A DNA stretch of 64,000 nucleotides from Deltaproteobacteria bacterium (GTDB lineage Bacteria; Myxococcota; Kuafuiibacteriia; Kuafuiibacteriales; Kuafuiibacteriaceae): NCBI GenBank assembly GCA_040218735.1, contig JAVJQW010000018.1:96001-160000 (forward strand), in the 5' to 3' direction. Positions within the stretch are counted from its first letter, which is position 1. Every line of letters starts with the position of its first letter. The position numbers and the translations under genes were made by a program. Below, one piece after another: positions 29,100 to 38,352 of this stretch. Below the pieces are notes generated by a model. The model saw nothing but the letters and a program-made list of their open reading frames with translations, did not search any database and was not told the DNA's origin.

Positions 29100-31493
29100 A
29101 TGCGGATGTACGCTCCTCGGGTACAGAAGGACCCCACGACTCTCTTCACCGCTCCCGACCAGGCGCGCATTGCAAGCCAGGTTGCAGCGGAGCACGGGAC
29201 GCTCAACGCGGAGACGCTCGCGCAGTGGGCCGCGAACCACCGCGGCGGCGCGGACTCCTCGGTGCTCGAGAACATGTTCTCCGTGCTGCAGACGGGGGCA
29301 GCGCCCGCACCGCAGCGCGGTGAGCTCGGCGCCCGCACGAAGAACTCGCGCCTCGCGGAGAAGACGGAGGCGATCGAGACCGAGTTCAAGTCGGCGTTCG
29401 GTCAGTTCGTCATCGGCCAGAAGCACGCGGTCGGTCGCCTCGCGCAGAAGATGGCGGCGCGTCGGCTGCGCGAATCGGACGACCCCACGCCGATGAACAT
29501 GGCGCTCCCGGGACCTCCCGGCGTCGGCAAGACCGAGTCGATCAAGGCGATGGCGCACGCCATCCACGGCGACGCGAACATGTTCATCGAGATCAACTGC
29601 TCGACGTTCCAGAAGCCGGAGGACCTCGCGAAGCTGATCGGTGCGCCTCCCGGCTACGTCGGCTCGGGTCAGACGGCCGACTCCTCGCCGATGTCGATGA
29701 AGAACATCCAGGCGAAGTTCGGCGACAAGCGGCCCATCCTCATCCTCTGGGACGAGGTCGACAAGATCGGTGGCGGCAACACGAAGGTGCAGGAGGACTT
29801 CTTCAAGATCCTCGGCAACTTCATGCAGTCGGGGAAGTTCCAGTTCAACGACAACTGCCCGAACACCGAGGTCCCGGACGTCATCAACTTCTTCACGTCC
29901 AACTCGGGCATGGAGTCGGCCGCGGGCCTGAAGGGCAAGTCGCTGCGCGAGCACTACATCAAGTCGATGCGCACCGTCCTCCCGCAGCACATCCAGAGCC
30001 GTATCGCGTCGAACTTCATCGGGTTCGATCCGCTCACGACGACGGACCGGATGGACATCGCGCGGCTGAAGATCGGCAAGAAGCTGCGCGCCGCCGAGAA
30101 GCGGACGGCGGACGACCGCGGCTTCAGCATCAACCTCGACGTGAACGACGACGTGCTCCGTCTCTTCGCGGAGATCACGGGCAGCGACCTGTTCGGTGCG
30201 CGTCCGCTCGAAGACCTGATCCGTGACTACGTCGAGCCGCTGATTCCGGACGTCCGTCGTCGCGCCCAGGCCGGCGAGGTCTGGCACCTCGTGATGAAGA
30301 AGACCGACGTCGACAGCGAGGGGAACGAGCGCGAGATCAGCCGCGTCGAGATCAACAAGCTGAAGCGGGCGTTCCTCGACTCGCTCGAGACGGGCAGCGC
30401 GCCGGAGGGCGTCGACTTCTCGACCTTCCCGATCGAGTTCAAGTGCCTGAACCCGAAGCGCCGGCTGTTCCCGTACGACGGCGTCGTGCCGCGGACGCCG
30501 GGCGCGGAGATGTTCCCCCTAGGCGCGGGCGCCATCGGTGGCCAGCGCTTCTTCTTCACGAACCAGGGCGGGATCCACGACGGCAACCAGCTCTACATCA
30601 TGAAGCCGGGGCTCACCGAGATCGAAGACCGCTTCGACGCCGTGAAGATCCCGGACGAGCTCGCCAACGCGAACACCTACGCGCGCGGCGCGCAGATCGA
30701 CGACGACCACGCGATCTTCTACGCGGTCAACGCGCCGGAGAAGGGTGACGAGGCCGAGATCGCCACGTTCCTCGCGACGGCGAAGGGGCGCTCGATCGAC
30801 TTCGAGAAGGTGCCCTCACCGGGGTCCGCGGTGGACTGGCCGGAGCTCGCGCTCGTCGGACCGGCGCTGGTCGGCGCCGAGGGCAAGGCGCTGCTCTGGG
30901 GCGGTCGCCGCATGGAGAAGCTCTCCGACGGCGACTGGAGTGTCTCTCCGGATCCGGCGCGAATGATCGGCGAGCCGATCGAAAACGGCGCCTACCTCTT
31001 CGACGTCAAGGCGAAGACGTGGACGCACATCGAAGACGCGCCGGCCAGCGGGCGCATCGGGGCCGCGGTGACCGTCCACGACGGCAAGGCGTTCCTGATC
31101 GGCGGCGAGGAGATCAAGCGCGACGACCACCAGCGGGTCGACACTTCGCAGTCCTCGACCGCGGTCGACATCTTCGACTTCGACACCCAGACGTTCACGA
31201 AGGGCACGCCGCTGCCCAACGCAGTCCAGTGGGCCTCCGCGTTCGCGGAGCCGAGCGGACAGGTGTCGGTGGTCGGCGGCCTGCAGCTCTCCGAGGGCGG
31301 TCGGGTTCCGAACTTCACGAAGGTGATGCGGATGCTCGGCGCCAACGGCGAGTGGCTCGAGGAGCCGATCGAGAAGCTCGGCGTGAACGTCGCGATCATC
31401 CCGCACGTGGACGGCGACCAGATCGTCGGCCCGTTCGGCGAAGACGGTGAGTTCCTCATCCGTCGCCCGGCGCGAGAGGACGAGGAGCTGTAA
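29100..31493 (+). CDS. single ClpB/ClpA-NBD2-like AAA+ ATPase fused to Kelch-like repeats
   Basis: VIGQ, GPPGVGKT, KLIGAPPGYVG, LWDEVDK, TSN, Arg finger SRI, FGARPL. LLWGG/FLIGG/VVGG...YLFD..KTWT Kelch pattern. Confidence 0.85.
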   Translation: MRMYAPRVQKDPTTLFTAPDQARIASQVAAEHGTLNAETLAQWAANHRGGADSSVLENMFSVLQTGAAPAPQRGELGARTKNSRLAEKTEAIETEFKSAFGQFVIGQKHAVGRLAQKMAARRLRESDDPTPMNMALPGPPGVGKTESIKAMAHAIHGDANMFIEINCSTFQKPEDLAKLIGAPPGYVGSGQTADSSPMSMKNIQAKFGDKRPILILWDEVDKIGGGNTKVQEDFFKILGNFMQSGKFQFNDNCPNTEVPDVINFFTSNSGMESAAGLKGKSLREHYIKSMRTVLPQHIQSRIASNFIGFDPLTTTDRMDIARLKIGKKLRAAEKRTADDRGFSINLDVNDDVLRLFAEITGSDLFGARPLEDLIRDYVEPLIPDVRRRAQAGEVWHLVMKKTDVDSEGNEREISRVEINKLKRAFLDSLETGSAPEGVDFSTFPIEFKCLNPKRRLFPYDGVVPRTPGAEMFPLGAGAIGGQRFFFTNQGGIHDGNQLYIMKPGLTEIEDRFDAVKIPDELANANTYARGAQIDDDHAIFYAVNAPEKGDEAEIATFLATAKGRSIDFEKVPSPGSAVDWPELALVGPALVGAEGKALLWGGRRMEKLSDGDWSVSPDPARMIGEPIENGAYLFDVKAKTWTHIEDAPASGRIGAAVTVHDGKAFLIGGEEIKRDDHQRVDTSQSSTAVDIFDFDTQTFTKGTPLPNAVQWASAFAEPSGQVSVVGGLQLSEGGRVPNFTKVMRMLGANGEWLEEPIEKLGVNVAIIPHVDGDQIVGPFGEDGEFLIRRPAREDEEL

Positions 31494-31496
31494 GTC

Positions 31497-33644
31497 GTGC
31501 CACTCGCGCTGCCCAAGGTGACGGCCAACCCCGTCATCCCCATCGATGAGTTCCCGCTCGAGCGGCGGGACATCGAGTGGTTGACGAAGGAGCTCGGCGA
31601 GCGCCCGACGCTCGACGACGTCGATCGTTTCGCCAACAAGTTCACGCGCAAGGCGATCGACGACGACGAGCAGCGCCGTCGCCTCTCCGTGCTGACCGGC
31701 TTGCAGGAGTCCGTACGCGGCAACTTCGTCGTGCGCGGCGACAAGTCGATCAGCGCGGCGGGCAAGATGCGTCTGTCGGAGCTCCAGCTCCTGGCGCTGA
31801 CCGGCGCGCGCCCCGTGAACGGCGAGCTCGACAAGGCGGTCGAGGTGAAGGAGGGCATGGAGCCCTTCCTCATCGGGCAGCAGCACCTTCGGCAGAAGTT
31901 CGCCGACTTCTACGCGTCGACGCAGGCGCCCGGTCGGCGCACGGCGCCGGTGATGGTGCTGGCGGGGCCCGACGGGCACGGCAAGGCGCAGGCGATCGAA
32001 GGTTACGCGGCGACGGCGCACAGCGGCTTCGTTCACCGCGTCGACCTGGCCGGGCTCACTGACCGCGACGCGCCGGCGATCCTCGGCGGACCGTTGTCGA
32101 TCGATCAGCTGCGCGACGTCGCGAAGAGCGGTGGCGTGGTCTGGCTCCAGGGGTTGGAGGCGATGAATTCGCCGAAGCTCGCCACTGGAATCGCGGCGCT
32201 CCTCAACATGCCGAAGCTGACCGGGAACACGAAGCTCCCGTTCTTCCTCGACTTCGAAGTGAAGTCCGAGGACCTCGAGGACGACGAGCGCGGCGAGATC
32301 ACGCGGCAGCTCGCGAAGGCGCTCGACGTCGCCGGCCTCCGGACCAAGGCGACGCAGGGAGCGATCAAACCCCTCGGCCCCGACGCGATGCTCGTCTACG
32401 CGGAGTCGGTGCTGAAGGAGCTCATGGCGGCGGAAGGGCTCGAGGACGTGCACATCGCGTTCGACCCGGACGCTCGCGCGTTCCTCGGTGAGCTGCTCGC
32501 CACGCCGCACAAGCCGCTCGTGGAGCTGGAAGCGCGCTTGCGCGAGCTGATCGTTCGGCACCTCGACACGCAGACCTCGGTGTACCGCAAGGGCGGCTTC
32601 ATTCGCATCGCGCTCGGCAAGCCGTTCCAGGACGACCCCGCGCTCCGCGAGCGGCTGATCTCTCGTTTCTCCGAGAAGTACGTCGACCTGTTCGAAGGGC
32701 ACGCGGCGTTCGAGCCGCTGGAGACCGGACGCATCGTCGACCGGAACGACCTCGCCGAGGAGCTCATCGAGACCTCGACGAAGTACGCCCACCTGTTGCG
32801 CTACTTCGGTCAGAGCCTCGAGCTCGGCGAGCCGGTTCAGGTCGTCGACGACGTGGTCGAGGCCTCGCACGGGCTCGCCGAGGTGCTCCAGCGCGTCGAG
32901 GCCGACCTCGAGCGCGGCGCCAAGACCCGCGTGAAGAAGAAGCTGGGCGCGGTGAGCGAGGACCTGTTCCGTGAGCTCGAGAAGGCGGCGCAGACCTACG
33001 CGACCTCGGTCACGCAGGCGTCGGCCGAGCCGATGCTCGTGCTCCCCGAACAGCTGAAGACGAGCGTCGCGCTCCGGCAGCAGCTGTACGAGCTCGTCGA
33101 CATGTACGGGGCGGGTGCGCCGATCAAGCCGCAGCAGGTCCCGGCCGCGGGGCGCCTCGCCGGACAGTTCGCACAGGCGTTCCAGGCGCACGGTGACCAG
33201 GTCGCCCAGTCGGAGCCGGGCCGGCGCTTCACGAACCTACGCGTGGGCGTCGAGGCCCTCGCGGCGGTCGTGGACATGGCGGCGATGGCGGCGAACGCCA
33301 ACATCGAGGAGATGCAGATCGACATCATCCGCCGCGACGACGCGAAGGCGTGTCGCGAGGCGCTCGAGCAGGCGCGCTCCATCCTGGTGCCGTACGCGCT
33401 CGACAACGTGTTGCGCTACGGGCCGCTCGTGGATGCCGTCCACATGGCGGGCTACGACGAGCGCGCGCCGCTGCTGATGAAGATGGTCGACATGGCGAAG
33501 GACCTGCTCGAAGCGATGCAGGGTGAAGAGGAAGAGTCGGCTCGCGAGCGCTCGGCGCTGGCGGTGTCGGTGCTCCGCGACTTCTTGAACGAGACGCTCG
33601 CGCCGCACCTCGAAGAGGACAAGGACAATGACGATCAAGGCTGA
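31497..33644 (+). CDS. degenerate ClpB-NBD2-like AAA+ (pseudo-ATPase) with helical C-terminus
   Basis: LIGQ, GPDGHGKA, VVWLQG at the Walker B position, KPL...IAFDPDARAFL small-domain pattern. Confidence 0.7.
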   Translation: MPLALPKVTANPVIPIDEFPLERRDIEWLTKELGERPTLDDVDRFANKFTRKAIDDDEQRRRLSVLTGLQESVRGNFVVRGDKSISAAGKMRLSELQLLALTGARPVNGELDKAVEVKEGMEPFLIGQQHLRQKFADFYASTQAPGRRTAPVMVLAGPDGHGKAQAIEGYAATAHSGFVHRVDLAGLTDRDAPAILGGPLSIDQLRDVAKSGGVVWLQGLEAMNSPKLATGIAALLNMPKLTGNTKLPFFLDFEVKSEDLEDDERGEITRQLAKALDVAGLRTKATQGAIKPLGPDAMLVYAESVLKELMAAEGLEDVHIAFDPDARAFLGELLATPHKPLVELEARLRELIVRHLDTQTSVYRKGGFIRIALGKPFQDDPALRERLISRFSEKYVDLFEGHAAFEPLETGRIVDRNDLAEELIETSTKYAHLLRYFGQSLELGEPVQVVDDVVEASHGLAEVLQRVEADLERGAKTRVKKKLGAVSEDLFRELEKAAQTYATSVTQASAEPMLVLPEQLKTSVALRQQLYELVDMYGAGAPIKPQQVPAAGRLAGQFAQAFQAHGDQVAQSEPGRRFTNLRVGVEALAAVVDMAAMAANANIEEMQIDIIRRDDAKACREALEQARSILVPYALDNVLRYGPLVDAVHMAGYDERAPLLMKMVDMAKDLLEAMQGEEEESARERSALAVSVLRDFLNETLAPHLEEDKDNDDQG

Positions 33645-34665
33645 CAACGCACCGGATCCGGTTCGCCTCGCGAACGAGATGCTCGCGCAGTTCCAGTCGA
33701 ACGTGGCGCGCGCCGGCGTGAAGGGCAAAGACCCCGACGCGATGACGTTCGACAAGGACGCGTTCGAGATCGTGGCGAGCAGCGTATCGCCGGAGTTCGC
33801 GGAGCTTCGGAGTGTGCTGGGCGCGCGGCTCGACCTGTACGACCTGGAGGCCTCCGCCGTCCCGAACCCACGCGGCGGTGGTTGGTTCCTTCGGCTCGAA
33901 GACGCCAAGGGGCAGCAGGTCGACTTCCGCGTGGACCGCGGAGACCTCTCGGAGATCCGCGGGTTCCTGCACGACCACGCGGGCCTCGGCTACATGAATG
34001 TGGAGCTCGACAACGAAGAGGGCATCCAGCAGCTCGCGCGACTGATCGCGACCGCGACGGTGAGCCCGGACTTCAAGGCCAAGGTGCCCCTCGCGGCGCG
34101 TTACGTCGGTGACGTTCGTCGTGCGCTCGTTCCGTCGGCCAAGAAGCAGACGGCGCGCGCGGTGCTCGCGCTGAACAACGCCCTCCAGGGGGCGGCGCAG
34201 GGCAGTGCGGCGGACATGGAGAAGCTGATTACCGCGTACATCGAGCTCGGGTTCAGCTTCCGCAAGTTCAGCAAGGTGTACGGGGACTCGGACAAGGAGT
34301 CGCTCTCGATCGAGTTCGCCGACAAGAACGGCAACGAGGTTCGCTTCGAGGTCGAGGCGGTCATGGACGACGAGAACGACCGCGTGAAGGGCCACGAGTG
34401 CAAGATGTCCTGGTCGGTGCGTGAGCAGAAGAACAACGCCACGGCGCCGAACAACGCGAACCAGATCAACGAGTGGATCCGCGAGTTCGGCATCAAGGAC
34501 GCCGGCAGCAACAACAACTCCAACGGCACGCGCGAGGGTGAGCGTTCGCTCGACCGCGCCAGCGAGAAGAAGTTCGTCGTCGAGCTGATGCAGTACGCGA
34601 AGAACCGCAAGTGGATCACGATCGACACGTCGAAGGGTAGCCTCGGGAGGCACCTCAAGCTGTGA
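33628..34665 (+). CDS. hypothetical protein, divergent member of the family of the next two genes
   Basis: AVPNPRGGGWFLRLEDAKGQQVD...HDHAGLGY...LARLIATA matches both downstream proteins. Overlaps both neighbours. Confidence 0.75.
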   Translation: MTIKADNAPDPVRLANEMLAQFQSNVARAGVKGKDPDAMTFDKDAFEIVASSVSPEFAELRSVLGARLDLYDLEASAVPNPRGGGWFLRLEDAKGQQVDFRVDRGDLSEIRGFLHDHAGLGYMNVELDNEEGIQQLARLIATATVSPDFKAKVPLAARYVGDVRRALVPSAKKQTARAVLALNNALQGAAQGSAADMEKLITAYIELGFSFRKFSKVYGDSDKESLSIEFADKNGNEVRFEVEAVMDDENDRVKGHECKMSWSVREQKNNATAPNNANQINEWIREFGIKDAGSNNNSNGTREGERSLDRASEKKFVVELMQYAKNRKWITIDTSKGSLGRHLKL

Positions 34666-36197
34666 CCCGCATCGACGACAGAGCCGCGCCGAAGACTCCG
34701 GTCGACGCCCCCGACGAACCCGCGCCGGCGACGCCGAGCGCGGACGTCGTGGACCGCGCGACGCGGATTCAGGATCTGCTCGGCGGCCTGTCGGTCCCCT
34801 TCTCCGCGAGTGACATCCCGGACGGGTTGATTCGTGCGCCGGAGCGTCGGGACATCGAAGTGCGTCGACGCGAGCAACCGCGGTTGCGGTCGGAGGGGCC
34901 CACGCTCGACCCGCGCAGCTTCGACGTCATGAACCGCATGGTGGTCGCGAACACGCACTACCTGAAGCGAGAGCTCGGACGTCGCTTCGAGTTCGTCGGC
35001 GCGGTCGCGGACGCGGTCCGCACGCCGTCCGGACGTTGGTACTTCCAGGTCAAGGACCCGACCGGGCAGAAGATGGACGTGCTCTTCGGCGACGGCGTGA
35101 AGGCCGCCGCGAAGTTCATGATGCACCAGCACGCCGGTCGCCAGGGGTACTCGGACGAGCTGTCGCCCGAGGCGACGTTGGAGCTCGCGAAGCTCGTCAG
35201 CACCGCGCGGCTGCGCCCGGCGCCGAAGAAACAAGTCTCGGAGTTCGTGGTGGACGACGAGGAGGAGCTGCCGGAGGACCGTGAGGAGCTCGCGAAGGAA
35301 GAGTACCGCGCCGAGGACCACGCGGCTGCGAAGCAGTACCTGAAGGAGATGGTGGACCGCACGCCGAAGCGCCTCCCGCCGCTGTTGCGCGAGCTGGCGC
35401 GCAAGGAGGCGGCGGACCTCGCGGAGGCGGATCTCGATCGGCTGATCGGGACGATCGCGGGCAAGCCGATCATGCTCCGTGCGTTCGAGCTCGACACGTA
35501 CGACGGCAACACGTTGCGCCTCGCGCGGACCGACGCCGCCGGCAACGTCTCACTGATCGAGCTGATGATTCAGGAGTTCGAGGACCGCGAGCCGGGCGCC
35601 ATGCTCCGCGTGGCGATCCCGCCGGAGGACCCGCCGGCCCGGGAGTTCGATCCGGACCTCGCGAAGAACCTCCAGATCATGGACGACGTCGACGACGACC
35701 TGCTGACGCCGACGTTCGAGGTCACGTCTTCCTCGCTCGGGCTCGCGCTGTTTCGGTTCGCGACCGACAAACTCGCGTACCCCCCGGTGGAGGTCGACCA
35801 GCACGACGAGCTGCTGAAGTTCGTGGATCCGAAGCGTGAGCACATCGTCGCGGACGAGATCGACCCGGAGGACCTCGACGATGACGAACGCGCGGCGCTC
35901 GAGAAGCCGTTCACCACGGCCGAGACGCGCAAGTTCCGGCAGGCCTTGAAGTGGTTGGACGCGAACTGGGACGGGCTCATCTCGACGGGCCTGTTCAACA
36001 ACAACGGCATCCAGACCGGCTACCTGACGTACTACGGCGACAACGCCAACCAGGAGTTCGCGAAGCTCAAGCAGGTCTGCGGGCTGCTCGCCTCCGACAA
36101 ACGCTTCGTGATGGCGATGTCGCAGCCGTCGTACATCAACCGCGAGGTCATCCAGACGACGCTCGAGAAACTCGAGAACCAGGCGGAGGCCGCCTAA
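34662..36197 (+). CDS. hypothetical acidic protein (paralog A)
   Basis: Long high-GC3 ORF, GTGA-coupled, clearly homologous to 36208..37698. Confidence 0.8.
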   Translation: MTRIDDRAAPKTPVDAPDEPAPATPSADVVDRATRIQDLLGGLSVPFSASDIPDGLIRAPERRDIEVRRREQPRLRSEGPTLDPRSFDVMNRMVVANTHYLKRELGRRFEFVGAVADAVRTPSGRWYFQVKDPTGQKMDVLFGDGVKAAAKFMMHQHAGRQGYSDELSPEATLELAKLVSTARLRPAPKKQVSEFVVDDEEELPEDREELAKEEYRAEDHAAAKQYLKEMVDRTPKRLPPLLRELARKEAADLAEADLDRLIGTIAGKPIMLRAFELDTYDGNTLRLARTDAAGNVSLIELMIQEFEDREPGAMLRVAIPPEDPPAREFDPDLAKNLQIMDDVDDDLLTPTFEVTSSSLGLALFRFATDKLAYPPVEVDQHDELLKFVDPKREHIVADEIDPEDLDDDERAALEKPFTTAETRKFRQALKWLDANWDGLISTGLFNNNGIQTGYLTYYGDNANQEFAKLKQVCGLLASDKRFVMAMSQPSYINREVIQTTLEKLENQAEAA

Positions 36198-36207
36198 GGC
36201 GCACACC

Positions 36208-37698
36208 ATGAGCGTTCGAGCACGGGGTCGAGGTGAGGTCGCGTACACGCCGTCCGCCGACGTCGTGGATCGTGCGACGAAGATCCAGGAGCGGCTCGGC
36301 GCGATGTCCGTTCCGTTCGCGGCGAGCGAGATCCCGGACGGATTGCTCCGCGTGCCGGAGCGTCAGTCGCTGGAGGTCCGGCAGCGTCGCCTCGGCGGAA
36401 CGGAGACAGCGGCGTCGGTGCTCGACGCACGGAGCTTCGACGTCCTCAACCGGATGACGGTGATGAAGACCCAGCACCTCAAACACGAGCTGGGTCGTCA
36501 CTTCGAGTTCGTGGGCGCGAACGCCGACGCGGTGCGCACGCCGTCGGGGCGCTGGTACTTCCGCGTCACGGATCCGCGCGGACAGAAGATGGACGTGATC
36601 TTCGGCGGTGGGCTGTGCAGCGGTGCGCGATTCATGATGCACGCCCACGTGGGACGCCAGGGGTACTCGGACGAGCTGAGCCCGGAGGCGACCCTGGAGC
36701 TCGCGCGGCTGGTGTCGACGGCGCGGCTGCGTCCGGCGCCCAAGAAGCAGGAAGACGAGTTCGAGGTGCAGCTCGACGACGACGAGCAGCTCCCCGAGGA
36801 CGCGGAGGGCCTCGCGAAGGAGGAGTACCGCGCCGAGGATCTGCGCGACGCCAAGGCGTACCTGAAGCACCTGGTGGACCGCGTGCCGGCACGTCTGCCG
36901 TCGTTGCTGCGGGAGGTCGCGCGCAAGGCGCCCGAGGACTACGTCGAAGCGGATCTGGATCGGCTCCTCGGGATGATCGCGGACGAACCGATCATGCTGC
37001 GTGCGTTCGACGTCGACAGCTACGACGGCAACTCACTCCGCCTGTCGCGGACCGACAGCGAGGGCAACGTCGCGCTGATCGAGCTGATGATTCAGGAGTA
37101 CGAAGATCGCGATCCGGGTGCGCTCTTGCGCGTGGCGATGCCGCCCGAGGCGTCCGCGCAGCGGGCGTATCAGCCGGACCTCGAGAACGACCTGAAGATC
37201 ATCGACGACATCGACGACGACCTGCTCACGCCGTACTTCGAGGTCACCAACGCGTCGCTTGGTGTCGCGCTCCTGCAGTTCGCCGCGGACCACGCGGACC
37301 CGCCGATCTCCGTCGAGGACAAGGACACCCTCGTCGGCTACCTCGACTTCTCGAAGCGCCCCGCGCCCGAGCCGGACCCGGAAGAGGTCGACGACGAGGC
37401 CCCGGTCGCCAAACACACCCAGCCGCTGAACAAACAGGAGATCCGCACGCTCCGCCGCGCGCTCGGGTGGCTCGACGCGAACTGGGAGGAGTACCACAAG
37501 GGCAACCTGCGGAACGGCCCGCAGTTCGGGTACCTCGCGTACACCGCGGACAACTGCCGGGTGCCGAAGCTCGCGGAGTGTTATCGCGTGGTGGAGTCGG
37601 ACCAGCGCTTCAAGCAGATGCTGATGGCGCACCACCGCACGTACATGACTCGGGACACGGTGCAGGCCGTGCTCGGGGAGCTGAAGGCGATGCGCTGA
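36208..37698 (+). CDS. hypothetical acidic protein (paralog B)
   Basis: Shares DAVRTPSGRWYF, GRQGYSDELSPEATLELA, LIELMIQE, DDDLLTP, WLDANW with paralog A. Confidence 0.8.
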   Translation: MSVRARGRGEVAYTPSADVVDRATKIQERLGAMSVPFAASEIPDGLLRVPERQSLEVRQRRLGGTETAASVLDARSFDVLNRMTVMKTQHLKHELGRHFEFVGANADAVRTPSGRWYFRVTDPRGQKMDVIFGGGLCSGARFMMHAHVGRQGYSDELSPEATLELARLVSTARLRPAPKKQEDEFEVQLDDDEQLPEDAEGLAKEEYRAEDLRDAKAYLKHLVDRVPARLPSLLREVARKAPEDYVEADLDRLLGMIADEPIMLRAFDVDSYDGNSLRLSRTDSEGNVALIELMIQEYEDRDPGALLRVAMPPEASAQRAYQPDLENDLKIIDDIDDDLLTPYFEVTNASLGVALLQFAADHADPPISVEDKDTLVGYLDFSKRPAPEPDPEEVDDEAPVAKHTQPLNKQEIRTLRRALGWLDANWEEYHKGNLRNGPQFGYLAYTADNCRVPKLAECYRVVESDQRFKQMLMAHHRTYMTRDTVQAVLGELKAMR

Positions 37699-37701
37699 GG
37701 C

Positions 37702-38328
37702 TCACCCGTGGGTGAGGCCCTTCTCCTTCGCGATACCGGCGTTGATCTCGTTCGCCTTGATGAGGCCCGGGCGTGCGTTCAACCGTTCGAGGTACGCCAT
37801 GTACTCGGGGCGCTTCTCCAGCATCCCGAACTGCGTCATGAACCGAACCGTGCCGCCGAACACGACGTCGGCCATCGTGAACTGCTCGCCGCACAGGAAG
37901 GGCCCGTCGCCGATCGCACCGGTGATGGTGTCGAGCATCTCCTCGTAGGTGCCCCAGCCGATGCGGCTCGGTTCGAACGCCCACTCGGAGGAGTGCGCCG
38001 CGCAACCCGGCTCGATCACGGACGGTGCGTAGAAGGACCAACGTAGGTAGGCGGCGCGCTCGGGTGCGTCGTGTGCGGGGGCGAGGCGTCCGAGCGCATA
38101 GCGGTCCGCGAGGTACAACGCGATCGCCGCGGCCTCGGTGACGATCGTGTCGCCGTCGATCAGCGTCGGCAGCTTGCCCATGCGGTTCTTGTTCTTGATG
38201 TCGGGCTGCTTGTGCTCGCCCTTCATGATGTCGACGTAGACGAGCTCGTACGGCTCGCCCACCTCTTCGAGGGCCCAGACGGTCCCGCCGGCGCGCGTGA
38301 ATGGGTGGTGAAGGAGCTTCAGTGTCAC
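37702..38328 (-). CDS. glutathione S-transferase family protein
   Basis: N.MGKLPTL...TEAAAIALYLA, FLCGEQFTMADV. Confidence 0.93.
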   Translation of the reverse strand: MTLKLLHHPFTRAGGTVWALEEVGEPYELVYVDIMKGEHKQPDIKNKNRMGKLPTLIDGDTIVTEAAAIALYLADRYALGRLAPAHDAPERAAYLRWSFYAPSVIEPGCAAHSSEWAFEPSRIGWGTYEEMLDTITGAIGDGPFLCGEQFTMADVVFGGTVRFMTQFGMLEKRPEYMAYLERLNARPGLIKANEINAGIAKEKGLTHG

Positions 38329-38352
38329 GCGCCGGACGATAGCGCCGCGGTG

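Noticed and set aside
29100-33644. Split or frameshifted clpB/clpV (T6SS)
   Set aside because: Both ORFs carry NBD2-like domains with unrelated C-termini. No NBD1, Clp N-domain or T6SS structural genes are present.
27732-37698. Prophage or mobile island
   Set aside because: No integrase, transposase, tRNA or flanking direct repeats were seen, and codon usage resembles the flanks.
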